Source: Paraspadella gotoi
Lineage: Eukaryota > Animalia > Chaetognatha
Assembly: GCA_051294375.1 (NCBI GenBank)
Contig: CM119263.1
Span: 7,332,494-7,396,493, forward strand
Length of the DNA: 64,000 nt
Reading direction: 5' to 3'
Part shown: positions 47,218 to 63,150 of the stretch, one piece after another
Layout: each line of letters opens with the position of its first letter
Numbering within the stretch: position 1 is the stretch's first letter
Made by a program: the position numbers and the translations under genes
Notes under the pieces: model-generated
Database searches by the model: none
The model's input: the letters and a program-made list of their open reading frames with translations, nothing else
What the model was told of the DNA's origin: nothing

Positions 47218-50200
47218 CTCTCTCTCTCTCTGTCTCCCTCTCTCTCTTATTCGGACCGATCAAACTTGACAATTAATATATCAAGATTCACAAACGAACC
47301 GAGATTTTTTTTTTTTTGGAAAGAGAAATTTTCATTTCAAATCTTTTTTTTTTCTCTTTATTTTCACTTTCGTCACTTAAAAAAAATCTATTTCCTCTTT
47401 TGGTTCAAAAAATAATTTGGAAGTTGATTTTGGTTCGTCGGTTTTCTCGAAAACCAAATCGATTTAATTACATTCAAACTTAACGATCTTTAACTCCTTT
47501 ATGACTGAATTTAAGGCTGTGAGAAATAAATTTACTTTTTAAATAAGTTTTATCCATAGAAGGTAAACAATTTCTTCGTTATTCTGGGTTAGACATTGCA
47601 AAATTTATTTTTACATGCGTTAGCTTGTAAAAGTAGACTTAAAAGTTTAATATCGCAAAAGTAACAGGTCATTGAGTCATAAAATGTATTTTAGAATTGA
47701 ACACGTGTGGTATACAAGACAACTGCAGAAAATTAACAAAAATAATAAAAACAAAAGTCAAAAACAGTTCTTTTTTTTTTATTTTGTCGAATGCCTTTTT
47801 TTTTTTAGACGATGTAGTTAGGCATCTGGCAACATTTCGGTTCTTTACACGAAGATTCTTCACCGGCGGAGCGACTGGGAAAATAAGCATCGATCCAGGG
47901 TTTGGACCGGGGCTCGGGTGGGTCGAGTTTGAACCTGACAAAGTGGGGATTTGGGAATTAATGACCGAGGAAAATAAGAACACATCATTGACTGGAACTG
48001 CATTCGAGTTGCGCGACATCGGAACTATACAAGTTTTTATCTCTGATTGAAATAAAAAATATTTTCATTTTTTTACCATTTAATTCGTTTCTGAAGTAAA
48101 TCCGGTGTATAAAATTCCAAATTGATTGATTGATTGAGGCTGTATTGCATTTCGAAGTTGATTTAATTTTAAGAATTATATTCTACATTTTGCGTTCATA
48201 TCAAAACGTAATTTTCTTCTGTTTCTCGTCATCTCAAAATCTTAACCTTTGATATCCTTTTTTTTTTCTTTAAAAAACATATCTGTCATTTTTGCGAAAA
48301 ACGCGCAGACCACAAATCAGAACGACCTTAAAGAAAACGTATCTTTGTCGTGCGTTCACCTTTCATCGTTCGAACTCGGTTTGTTCGGGGAGCGAGAGAG
48401 GGAGAAAGAAAGAGAGAGAGAGAGAGAGAGGGGGGGAGAATTTATTCCAAACAGTTGTTTTTAGGGAATTGGTCTTCGACAATACACAGAGGTTCTCTCT
48501 CGTGTTCTCTCTTCTTCGGCTCAAATCCGAAAATTTCTGATCGTTTGTTTTGTTTCTTTTTTGGACTTAATAAATGTCCTATGTCCAATGGACATTGTCC
48601 AATGTCCATTGTCTATAGTCCAATGTCCTACTATGCCTGTTTGTGCTTCGAGCCTTCGAGCAAATTTGTTTTACTCTCCGTTGGCTGACTTTTGTTTCTC
48701 GATGGACGATACAGAATTTTGAACGCGTTGGTAAGTTTATTCATTTACAAAACAATATGGCGACGAGGATGTAGTATTAATACTATTTAACATAAAACAG
48801 GTCGTGAAATAACTAGATTAAAATTTAAACTTCCAACCTTATGGGTCTTTAAAAAAACGTGCACGTCAGAGGCTGTCGAAACAACTCAACTTTTCCTTCC
48901 GCGACGTTCTAAAGATAAAAATAACCCAGATACTAATTTTCTCCCAGTTTCCCTCTTTTCTTCGCGACTAAATCGGCGTTTAAACTTTTCCTGAAATACT
49001 GGGCCGGCCTTCATCGAGATATATCGTCCAATGGTGAATCCACGGACGTCTAACTTTTATTTCCGCTCGGACACGCCCATGTCTAACGCCACTATCGTTT
49101 AAACAATGTTCAATGTCAAATTGTCCATAGGCCGGTCAGATAATGGCGCCGGATAAGATAAATATTAAGAATCCATTAGAGAATTTAGTTTTGCGAATGC
49201 AATCGAAAAAATTGAATTAAATTTTAAAGGTTATCTCTTGGTCTGACAGGTAAGTTACGCTCCGCGGTTCAGTTAATATTTGAAAGCCTATGAGATTGGT
49301 ACAACCAAAGCAAAAATATCTATTCATTTATTAGCAAAGCTATCTTGCCCCTGACTTTGTACAGGCTATATAATTGTATGGCACGATGTTCTAGCAGGGA
49401 CAGGACAGGAGCTCGTGAGATCCGCGTGGATGGGCATTCTATTTAGTTCGGGCGATCGATCAATCCAACAATCCGATCGATTCATTCACGATGAGTCGAT
49501 GAGCCACGAGGAATCGAGAGCGAACGTTTAAAAGCTTAGAATCTTGCGAAAAATAAAGAAAGAAAAAATCGTTACAGAATTGGGTTCAGATCGTGTAAGG
49601 GGGGATTTGAGAAAAAAAAATCTCTCCATGAGTTAGAAAACTGTGGGTCTTAATTTAAAATCGGGGGGGGGGGAAACAAGCGAGAGAACCGTGAACTGAG
49701 TAGCGAGAGTTTTTGTGGCGGTGCGGAGATAAGAAGCAGGGTTATGGTTGGAAAACGTGATAAGTTAATCTGATATGTTGATCGTAGATATAATACATTT
49801 TGATGCAACTGTAGAAAAGGTCAATTAGTGAACGATTTGAACACGACTTGTTTACTGGTTGAATGAATTTAACGATAGAAACAAAATTTTGCTTCTTTTT
49901 TATGGCGAAGAAGAGAAAGCGGCGTTTAAACTGGAAATATGAGATGAGGTCGAGAGGACGAGAATGAGAGAGACACTAAGTGTTAAAATTAAAAATCTCG
50001 CGCATAGGAATCGTAAGGCGAGATGATAAGAGATCGAGTGAAACGGAACAAAATGATTTTTTTCTCCCAAATACCAAAATCAGAAGTAGAAAAAAAATAT
50101 TAAAGTACGCCTACAAATCTTGGCGGGTGGGAAAAAATGATAATTGAATTAGTTTCAGTTTTTTATTTGATTGTGACAGGGTCAAAGCATATAAGGTAAC

Positions 50201-52052
50201 AGTAATGTAAAAGATTTGTAATTATAGAACATTTAGGTAATATGTAAAGAATAAAATTGCCTTTACTTTCGGTTATAACAATGAATTGTGAGAATGTGAT
50301 GAACCAAAAGAAAAATCTCACTGATAACTTTTAGTATTTTTTTTTCTGTAGAATATAAGATCTGATCTGATCTTCCTATTTTTTATACAGCAGTACTTTC
50401 TTTTTAAGTTAACCAGTTAGCTGATCATTTGTTTCTCTTTGAAAGCCCAAACTCGAAAAGAATCCTGTTTGAAGCTGCCACCTATAGTAAATGATGATCA
50501 ACCACCGAGGAGACCACAGCGCTGATTTGGTTGGAATCACTCAATTTTGCGCAACAGGAAAATCAAATAAAAGACATTTTGTGAATTGGAGAAAATTTGA
50601 TGGTCAAGCAACTGCAAGATTTTTCCGAATTTGGCACAAATTTTTCTCTTTTCTTTTTTCTTAAATGGCATTGTGTTTCGGTAAAATTTAGTTTAAACAA
50701 GGCTTATATAGATCATTAGCCACAATTATTAACCTACAATTATTTGTAAGTTTAATAGGCGACAAAAGAAATTGGAGCGGAGGTAAGTTTTTATAATTTC
50801 TATTAATTAATGCTCCCGGGATTGACTTACAATTACGACGACGAAAAAAAAACTGGAAAGTATCATTTTCCTTCATGCCTTTTTTGTTTTTGTTTTGCTT
50901 TTCAAAGAGAAAAGAGGATTTTGAGAGTATTTACTGTAAAAAAGTAAAACCGAGACATAATCAGATTTTCCCTGACAGTAAAATCCGCTTGGGATTTGAT
51001 TCAAATTCCGAATTTTCATTCTTTCCACCTCCGCGTCTCTCACGAATTGAAAAGGGGGGGAACCGACTTTGAAGTCAATCTGCCTCACATCGAAATGCCG
51101 CCGGATCGAATCCACCGGTGAAGGTTTTTTTTTTTTTTCAATCTTCAATCTGTGAGTCACAGATTTACATATTTGTATTTTGAGGAAAGCCGAAGAATCA
51201 ACCCTACGATCGGAATAAAACCTCCCTGCGGTTTAGCTACTGGCAAATTCATTGGCTCTTAATTTCCTTCGATTTGTACTCAAAAATCTTATTTCCCCTC
51301 TCGTCTCTCTCTCTTCTCTTCTCATTCTCTCTCTCTCTCGTCTCTCTCTCTCTCTTCTTCCCTCTCTCTCACTCTCCCTCAACTCTCCATCCCGCATCTA
51401 CGTAACCAAAATCCTTTCCTTGTCCTCTTTCGAGGATTTTTTTTTGATTGAATTTGGCAAAAAAATTGTCCAAATTTGGCACGATTTCAAATTCGTCGGG
51501 ATTTCATGTCCTTCCGGAGACTTTTTTTCCTTTTTTTTTTCTTTATTTTTCTCTCTTTTTTTATTTTGACTCGTAGGAGGTCCCCGGCTTAGGGAGGCGG
51601 TGGGGGTGGTTGAGGTGGACAGAGGGGGGGGTTAGGGAAGGAGCGAAACGGGAGGGAGGGAGAGAAAAGGGTTTTGCCAAATTCCCAATTTCCTTGAAAT
51701 TCGCTTTTTTAGCCTCAGAAATTAATCCCGTTAAAAGACTCTCTTCCAGTTTGATACCAAAGATAGAAGTTAAATAGAGAGAAGATAGGAATTTAACTGG
51801 GAATTAGCGACGGAAACCGGAACTTAAAAAATCGAAGATAGCAGCAAAGAAACAGAAGTTGATATCAAAAGTAAACACAAGAGCAGAATATAAAAAATGT
51901 AAAACTACGAGGCAAAATAGAAATGGAGATAGAAAATAGAACCCAGTGAGGAATTTGAGCCGATTCGAAAATCGATCCAATATCAGTCGAATTGAGATTC
52001 AATTTCCGAGGGACTTAATTTTTTTACGACTAATTTTATTAATTTTTTACGG

Positions 52053-52108
<56 letters not shown>

Positions 52109-53646
52109 ACTCTCTTTCACTCTCTCTCCAGTGGTTTATTCAAATTGTCACAAAATAAATAGCCCGTGCCAGATAAAAGGCAGGAATGCGTTTCTCAACT
52201 TTTATAATTTGATTAATTCAAATTGTATCGATTTTATTCAGTCGCTGTGATTATCGTTTAAACAAGCCCCTATCTTTTTTTTACTTTACAATTCGGATTT
52301 GGAAAAAAAAAATATTACTTTCAGAAACATAAAATAGAAAACTATAGATCTACGAATAAAGGAAAAAACGAACAAGAAAAAAATCTTTCTTCATTGAAGA
52401 ATGATTATGCATCTTCATGCATCAACTTTCAGCAAAAATTCATGGTAAGTTCACATCACCTTTTTGAGATCGTTTTCTCAAGTTTCTTTTTCTTGCTCAA
52501 TACTCATTTATTGTTTAAATGTCATATTGTTTCAAATCGTTTAATCTTCTTATTGTCTTAATTGTCAAATTGTCTCTTTTATTTCAGAAAAAAAAAAAAA
52601 AATTCTTTTTCACTTTGACGTAGGTCGGCGTATTTTTATGAGGAATCCTATTGTTTTTTTTAAACACCACTACCAATAAAAAAATTATTCCAATCCGATT
52701 TTTCCTTTTTCTTTGCAAAACAATGAAAAAGGGAAAAAAAAAATTTCGTTTTCTAAGGATTTGACGTAACCGACGAATGAAAATAATACAAAAATACCAA
52801 AACGAAAATTATTCTCTTTTACATTCGCTAAAGAACAATTAGGCGGAGGTGGGCCGATTTTTCCTTGAAAAGAAATGGAATTTCGCGGGGAAAGTTGGAT
52901 GCGGAGCAAATGGAAATTAGCCCTTAATTTTTATTGCGTTTGCAAGACTAATCTAACGGCATTTTATCATGCGTTGGATTTTGGCGTAATGCATGATGTC
53001 ATTTTAATGTACCATTTACCGTTGCGCATTCTTGCACTGAAAAGCGCACATATTTAATTTGTTTCGATAAAGTCGATGCAACAGAAATTTGCAAAGGTGA
53101 AAGATGACGTTTTTGAGCTGTTCTTGCAAGGCTGATTGCAATGTGACAATGTCGACAAAAATCCAACAGATGAAGTTTTCGACCTTTTATCACTACAACG
53201 ATGAAGACTTTAGCATTTTTGTTTCGTCCCCGGAAGATATTGAAACACGACGTTGGCTCAAAATGTCACTTTCAGTCTCTCTTTTTGGCTAACCCTATCT
53301 TAACCTTCCAAAATAAATTCCGCTCTTATCACTATCAGTCTTGAAAATCGCAGATTTCGCGTCTTGACTTGGAAAATTTTGCTCTCCTCCAACTCAGCCA
53401 TATCTTTTCTGCCCCTCATGGACAAAATTTGGAACCCATCTTTCTAAAATCATCTTCTTCTTCGTCGTCGTCGTTGTCGTCGTCATCTTCGTCGTCGGCG
53501 TCTCTTTCTTATCAAAATCTGTCTCTTCCAATGACCTTCGGCCGATTTTAAGTGACCCCACAAGACTGAAAATAAATGACTTTGTCCGCCGATGANNNNN
53601 NNNNNNNNNNNNNNNNNNNNAATTCTACTTTAAGCGGGGGAGAGGG

Positions 53647-53744
<98 letters not shown>

Positions 53745-53745
53745 G

Positions 53746-55443
<1,698 letters not shown>

Positions 55444-56536
55444 TCCCAAGAGTCTCTCACTGTCTCTCTCTCTTCTCTCTCGTCGTCTCTCTCTCCTCCT
55501 CTCTCTCTCTCTCTCTCTCTCGTCTCTCTTGGCTCCATAAATTTTTCCGATGTGGAAATTCCAAATCCTTTTTTTTTTGGACTAATTAAGTGGGAAACCA
55601 GAAAACGATTCCAACAGAAGAAAAAAGCCAAATTCAAAATTGACCAACGAATTTTCTGGACTCGGGTCTGAGTCAATGTCTCGGGGATTCGGGGGAATTA
55701 GTTGGGTTCCGTGATTGAGATGGTTGGGGCTGGCTGGTGTTGGTTGGGTCAGAAGAGAGAATGGGAAAGGACAAGCCGGTTTGAAAAACAGGGGGTAGTT
55801 TTGTAGTCGTTCTTGGTTTTCAAATGTTACTTATTTTGTTACAGATATTCTGATCGGAAAATTGACGAATGAACTACAATTTAGTAATAAAATTTATTTT
55901 AAGGCTAAAAATACTAGAAAAAATACTTGAAATTTAAGTATTAATTATATTTTCACTATGGAGAAGCAGCGCAAGTACGAAAACGATATTTTTTGCCAAA
56001 TATTTCTACTTATTTTTTTAAGTCATCATCAGTGGTAAAAGATTTAATAGGAATAAAAGTGTTTTTTTTTTCTGGAAACAAATAACAAATATAGAGACAG
56101 ACTAAGAGAAATTTAATTTAGAGTTAAAAATACTTTTCATTCCTCTCTTAGCGGTCGAATATATTTCTCCTCTTCTCCCGAGAATAGAACACAACAAAGT
56201 ATTGCCGTAGGGAGTGACCAAAACTACAGCAACTTCCATTTCCATAAATATTGCACATTAAAACAACGACGACAGGCGGTTCTTTCTTCTTCGATCACCT
56301 TGTTTTGTTCGTAGAAACTCTAATGAAGCCAAAATTAACAACGTTCTAACCGTTTTCGCGTGACAGAATTCGTTTCCATCTTTATTTGTCGCCTTTGAAA
56401 TTAAGCGACGCTCTTTACCTTTCGATNNNNNNNNNNNNNNNNNNNNNNNNNTCGACGTCGTCGAACGAGTAATTTCTTTATAAGAAAGGAGAGAGAGAGA
56501 GATGAGAGAGAGAAGAGAGAGAGAGGAGAGAGAGAG

Positions 56537-56584
<48 letters not shown>

Positions 56585-58379
56585 AGAGAGAGCGAAAGAA
56601 AGGGGTGGAAAGAGAAAGCACGGATGCGGGAGAGAGCATGTGGCGGAGCGAGCAAATGGCCTTCGGGCTTACCCGGGCAGGCGGTGGGGGTTTGTTGTAA
56701 TGGTGATATTGCATGGGCAAAAGTAGGTCGATCTGCTGGGGAATATATCTAAAAGATTTATGGGAAAGAGAGGAGGACTCTGCGGATGAGGAGAGGCGAC
56801 GGGGACTGGGAGGCGGGGTACGAGAGTCTCTCAAACGCGAGCGGCATCCTGCCGATCAGTGGCTTTCAAAACCTCGGAGGACCTACACGTAAAGATACTA
56901 TTTACCGGTTGAACAACTGTTGAACGGACGGTTGTTCTGAAGAGTTTTAAACACCCATGGCACACATCAAATGGAAGATGACTATCTATAACGTTAATAA
57001 GGAAGGACATATTCTGGAAGAAAGGGAAGTAATATATTAGATAATGCATAGACGAGATGGACTGAGTTAGAAAAGCATTGGACAATAAGCCAATAGGCAT
57101 ATTCTTTATTCGAGATGTTCTCCTCAAATATTTTCCATAATGAGTTAATTGGGAATAATCAACAGATATAAGGATTAAAATACATGGTAGTGTATATAAA
57201 TATATATATATATATTTGCAGGATAAATAATTATATCTTTTAGGCAGTTATATTGTGATTTTAGGGTATGTAGATAAGAGAAATATCGATATAGCGATAC
57301 CTGAAAAATTTTCGGGTTATTTACAGGAAAAACCAATCATGATCAATCGGTTTAATGAGCTCGAACGCCCTGGGAAACCAATAAAGAATAGAAATAAAAA
57401 GGCGCGTCCTAGTGGTGGACGGGCAGCCCTCTGAAGCCGCTCTGTGATGATCATTCGAATTGGGGTTAGAAAAGGGGCTTTTTAGTATGGAGCATCAAAA
57501 ACCCGTATATCTGTTGGCCAAACCCGGGCGGCCATCGTTTTTTTAACTTTTAAATTTTTTGTTTAATGTTTCAAGGTCGGGTTCGGGAATGCGGAGACAA
57601 GATTTAAAAAGCTTTTATTTTCCTCTTTCAAATCATACGATGGGAAATAGGAAATAGAGGGGACTGAAATTGGGTTTTGGTAGATCAAAGATGTATGGTT
57701 CAAATGGCTGAGTCAATGTAGAGCTTTGAAAGGGCATTTTAAATAATATATATAAAAATTATATGTTACTATTTGTCAGGGCCAGCAGGTTCCCGTGGCA
57801 GGCGCCAGTGCCCTCCATGGTCCTCCGACAATCACCAATAATCTAATACACAACAATAAGGGACACAGACTGACAGAAACCGAGGCGCACGGCCATCTCC
57901 GAGCTGAGGCGGGTGGCGCTGGTCCACGACTCACCCCAACAAAAAAAAAAATAAAGGGGGTCAAGTTGGTAGTGTAAAAATATGTGTTTGGCACCCGGGT
58001 GAGCGCGAGGGCGAATGATAAAAAAAAAAACAAAAAAAAGAAAATAAAGTACATTAATCAGCGAGCTTTTGGTGGGTTAGATATAAAGATGATGTTCTTT
58101 TTAAAGTAATAAAGGGAAAGGAAAAAAGTAAGAAAGAAAAAAGGGTAATGAAAGGAAAGGAAAGAAAGAAAGGAGGAGAAGAAGAAAGATAAGAAGAAAG
58201 GAAAGGAGGAAGAAAGAATCCAGGGAAAGAAACAAACAAACAAAGAAAGAAGGAAAAAAGAAAAATCACAAAGCAAAGAATTAAATAAGAATACAAAGGG
58301 AAAATTCAATCACTGTCTTGGGCATGCATAAAACGACAGGGACAGTTTCCTCGAAGGGACTCAGTCATCGGCCCAGTTA

Positions 58380-59340
58380 TGACTTTGGCCCAGACAAACA
58401 AGGAGAGACATAGATCGGTGACCGAGTGGCCCATGGAATAGCATCGGTGGGGACGCTCGCAGATATAAGGGCGGGCGAAAGATTGTGCCGGATGGGACGA
58501 GCCGGAATGCGTTGAGGGAGTGTTCGCCTGGAATGATCAATTATGAAGAGACGAATTACAACAGTGAAAAGATAATCAGGAATGTAACGCCAAACACTTC
58601 TTATCGTGAAATCCACAAGAAATTAAGCTATGTTGAACTGGGGGAAGAATGGGTATCAGGCTAAAGGTGGGGATGATATCTCTGGTTAAGGCTAGTCTGC
58701 GTGGCATCGCAGGGAAAAGTGAGTAATGAAGGGTAAGGAATATATTGGGTAATGATGAGGTATATGTGAACTGATAGACAAAGGGGGGACTAAGGGTAAT
58801 AAAGGGGAAAAGGGAGAGGGAGTGGATTGGCAGGAGATCGCCCGGAAGGACCGGAGAGGAGAAGTTGAAGCTAGTGGTCGCGTGCATCCAAGACCTCTAA
58901 TATTCCGTGACTCGGAGATGAAGAGGAGGGGAACAGGACCAAACGAGGGGAAGGGGTAGGAGGCGTTGAAGAGGAATGAGAAGGGCGCCCGGGGAGAGTG
59001 AAGGTTCGTGGGCAGGGTAAGGTGAGCATCTATCTTAGGCCTCGTGCTTGGTCGGTAGGGGACCAGCCACTTGGTCTTGAAGGTTGGTACGACAGGGGTG
59101 GAGCGTCCGGGCGAATCAATATTGGTGTTGTTTGGGCGTACTGGGAGTCGTGGTTGAGGGGAGAGGTCAGGGGGACAAGGGGTGGAGCGGCCGGGGCCGG
59201 GAGGATCAAGATGGGGGATTGGGTTGGGGTGGGACGCGGGATGGTGATATTGGGGGGCGGCGGGGGATGTCTTAGGTCCTCCTATATGAGAGAGTTCCGA
59301 CACCTTCATCGATGGGGTTAGATTGGAAGCGAGGCGGTTT
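58380..59340 (-). mobile_element. Degenerate non-LTR retrotransposon (LINE) relic, ORF1 tail / endonuclease start
   Basis: A Pro/Ser-rich ORF is followed by LLFISESRNIRGLG, resembling the S-W-N-(I/V)-R-G-L start of APE endonucleases. Frames are broken afterwards. Confidence 0.4.
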
Positions 59341-62300
59341 GGGTGCAGGAGAGGGGGTCAGAACCCAATGAGGGAAGTCGCTGAAGTCAATAATGGGGTG
59401 AATCGATGGACGGAGGGTGGAAGGGCCGGAAAGGGCTTGGGGGTTTTTGTTATTCTATTATTTTTCTTTTGCGGGCACATTGAGCTCGTTAAGTCGGGGA
59501 TTGGGGCTTTTGGTATGGGTTCGAGTTTGGGGCGAGGGAGGACGCTGTGTGGGTCTTACGCCACACTGTGGAAAGGAGAAGACGCATAATCTACTGACTA
59601 AAATCAATCTGAGGTCGGAGGATATATTTTTGTTTTAATGGATTGTTTCTTTTTGTTGATAGAAAAATAAAGTTGACGCACAGTTTCTTTGAAAATATAT
59701 ACCCACATGAAGAGAAAGAAGAGAAAAAAATGTGAGTGTACCTTAAAACATATAACCATAATGACTGGTAGAAACTAACCTCTATAAATTAAAAGATGCT
59801 CGCACACTATGCCGAATAACAAATCATAAATAAGAATCGTATGGGAATGGGTTGTCGATGATTTAATTCGAATATTATATGTTTGTTAAAACTCTTTAAG
59901 TCGTGACGCGGAAGAACGACGGCAAATAGTAATAGTGTTGTAACTCAGCTATGGCGATGAGACCTGGTGAACCTACAGAAAGTAAAATGATTAACGAGAA
60001 AATTCGGAAGTGACGGAGACCTTCAAAGGTAGTAATAAGCTAGAGACCGGGATATTCGGTTTTGAGAGAGAAGGGAACATGAATTCTTTTTTTTATAAAA
60101 TAAACATTTGTCCACCAAATGCAGAATTAAATTTTAATGCAGAACATTTAAAATTCATTAGAATGCATATATTGTTGTAACAGAAGAGGTATAATACGAA
60201 TATTGTAAGAAAGAAAAGGCAAGGTCTCAGAGCTTTTATAAAGATGCTGAGTGACTAGGAGAAAAAATTGTAAAACAAAGGGGGGTTGCATATAAGGGTT
60301 ACTACAAGAATAGGTAAATGAGGGAAGCAGGGGGAAAGGGAGAGCCAATGAGTATACAGAAAGAGACGTTGGTCCCTGTGGGTAAGTCGCTTCGCAGATG
60401 CACCGGTGGGAAAGAGAAACAATGATACGTTGACCGGGACGGAAGTCGAAGAAAGACGGAGGATTTATGGTCCTGAGGTCGACCTGAGAGAGATTAAAGG
60501 GTGGGAGGTAATTTTTAGTTTTTAATTTTAAATGGACTGTTTGGGAGTACCGCGTGAAAGGGGGAGATGACGGCAGGTGAGAGAGAAGGGGGGAGTGGTT
60601 GGGGTGGGGAAGAGGGGAGGTAAGTGAGGAATGAGCGATAAGAGGAAGGGTTTTTTAGCGGGATCTAAGAGCAGAATCGCCAATGCGTTATTGTATGTCG
60701 ATCATCGTCGGCCATCGTACGTCGATCAATCAGGTCGACCATCGTCAACTATCGGGGGACTCGGGGTGTGGTCAGTTACGGATCCCGGATTACGTATCGG
60801 TCCCTGAATGATCTAAAGGCAGAACGTTCCGTACCTCATAACTGATTATGAAATTAGAATGGTTTTAGAATTATGTTATGTGGTGACATTGTTAATGTCG
60901 GGATAACCTATCATTATAAAACTTCTATTTGTTTTTTTCTTCTTCTTATTGTTTTTTTTTTTTTTTTTTTTTTGTTACTCCGTGAAAGTGGGATGTATTG
61001 GGATCTAATAGCACTATGGTAGTTGGGGTTCATTATTTATTTTTTTTGTTTTACTTTTTTTTTTTTTTAAACGGGTGGAGCACTATCGGGTAGCAATTCA
61101 AGGGAAAAGGCAGGCAGAAAGAGTAGGTTAACGTAAAAAATATTTGTTTTCCAAATACAGAGGGAAGAACTATAAAAGTTTTTTTAATACTTATATCCAA
61201 TCTTATTATAACGAAGCTTATGTGGTACTGGTGATTCCATAGGGCAATGATGGGTTTGACCAATGACACGGGTCTTTGTTTCATTCCTAGGACAATGAAG
61301 TCCAGCAGAGATATGAGAAAATCCTGAAGCTTGACAGATTTAAAAATGGTAAAAAGTTCGACGGACCTTTAAGGATCAAAATTTCAAAATCGACTTAGAT
61401 ATATCAAATGATCAGGAAAATTGATGAAGGAAGGTAGGACAACAAACATGGGGAAAAACAAGTATGCCTGGGAGGTCAGGACAAGAAGGACAAAAGCGGC
61501 AAAGGAGAAAAGGTTGCAACAGAGCAACCGTCAATAATAGTCGTAAATTTTTGGGCGCAAAAAAAAAAAAAGCGGGTTTAGACAGGAGTAGAGGATGAGA
61601 TTATCAAAGATCAATTGTTGGATAGTTTCAGAAGAAGGGGGCAAGTCATTAAGTCATAGTGCGAACAGACCAGTACACGGGAGAACTTAGAAGACGCTTT
61701 GGGAAGGGTCATGGGATTTGAGTTTCGGTGTGGTATAAGTTGATTTTTGGGTGTTTTTGTTTTTGAGTATTTGAGTTTATGAGGATTTCGAGGGATTTTG
61801 AGGGGTTTTGTTGGGCAGTTCATCATGTTTTTGTAAGGCAAACAGTCAAGAGGCGAGGGAAAGGTGCAATCATGTCTGGGTTTTAAAGCTATTCTGGAAG
61901 GATAACGATCATTGGGTGATATTATGCTTCACGCTGCTATTTCTCGTCATTCCAGACTCAATTTGTGGTTAGCTTGTTATTTTTCCACGGAGGTGCTCAT
62001 ATGAATGTTTTTGTAAAACTCACCAGCCCTTTAAAGATAAGGCACAATAAGGATAAACTTTCCCATTTCATATCGTTGGTGTAAGGGGCTTGTGCTCTTT
62101 ACTTCCCACGAGGTTTTTACACAACAAAATAGTAAGTTCATCGCTTTGGGAACAGGTGATTTCCTGACATGGGAAACGGGTACCCTGATAACGCCTATCT
62201 CACTCATCCTTTTGTTTAATTGGAATGTCAAATGAAAATGAATGAATCCTGAGGTCAAGATTTTCTAAAGACTGCCTGGTTTCTTGTGAAATACCCTTTG

Positions 62301-62414
62301 CCGGGACATGTATATTATTGTGTATTTTTGTTGAACATATACTTTTATTTTTCCTGAGATAAGTGGTCATCTATGATCATATATAAGGGGAGTTGGGAAG
62401 TTGTATGTTAGTCC

Positions 62415-63150
62415 CTCAGTGGGTAGTCGGAAAATGTCTATTGGGGGTGTGAGGACGTCCTGTTGGAATTGGATGTTGCTGGTTGGGGACGTTTGGAAGC
62501 TGGCTGGTTGGTGGCTGGGCAGGAAGCGCGAGTCGCTGGAAGAGATTGGACCTTGTCCGGTGATGTGGAACTAGATATGGGGTCGGTGGACTCAGGGTCT
62601 GAAGTATTCTTGTGAATTTTTTTTTCACGCGGGATGGAATCATGGAGTGACGAAGTGGTGAAAAACCCATTGCAGGGAGCGGAAACAACGACGCAATTAG
62701 ACCGGAACAATGCTAGTGGAGATGGATGACGCGGTTATGAGAGTAGCGTTAAACAAGCCGGGAAAACAAAGTCGGTGTGGTGGCGGTTGGAATCGAATTT
62801 TGTTTATTTGGATCATTGGATAATGAGGAGTCTCTATAAACTTAAGCATTGGAAGTGATGCTGAAGTTGATATTTTAACCCATAGAAGCAAAAGAAGGCA
62901 AGGTCAAGATTTTAAGAGGGTTAGCGGGGGAAAAGAGAAAATTTTGGCTGGGGGTGATTGTTGGTAGGAGGGCTTTTCGATGTATAGGGCATAGTACTCG
63001 CTTAATCGGGCGGCGGGATAATTTCCGGATTGTGGGACTAATAGGTCGCGCCAAATAAAAGACTATTCGCGTGGTCGAATGTCGTTGTGTGGGCTGTAGT
63101 AAGAGGGAGACAAAGACAGGAGACGGTGAATGTTGTTGGCTTTCACTTAT
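62415..63150 (-). mobile_element. Degenerate LINE ORF1 (gag-like) relic
   Basis: Across a stop the frame reads IVPV*LRRCFRSLQWVFHH, resembling the P..RCF.C..xGH zinc knuckle of I/Jockey-type ORF1, followed by an S/T/P-rich tail. Heavily disrupted. Confidence 0.35.
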
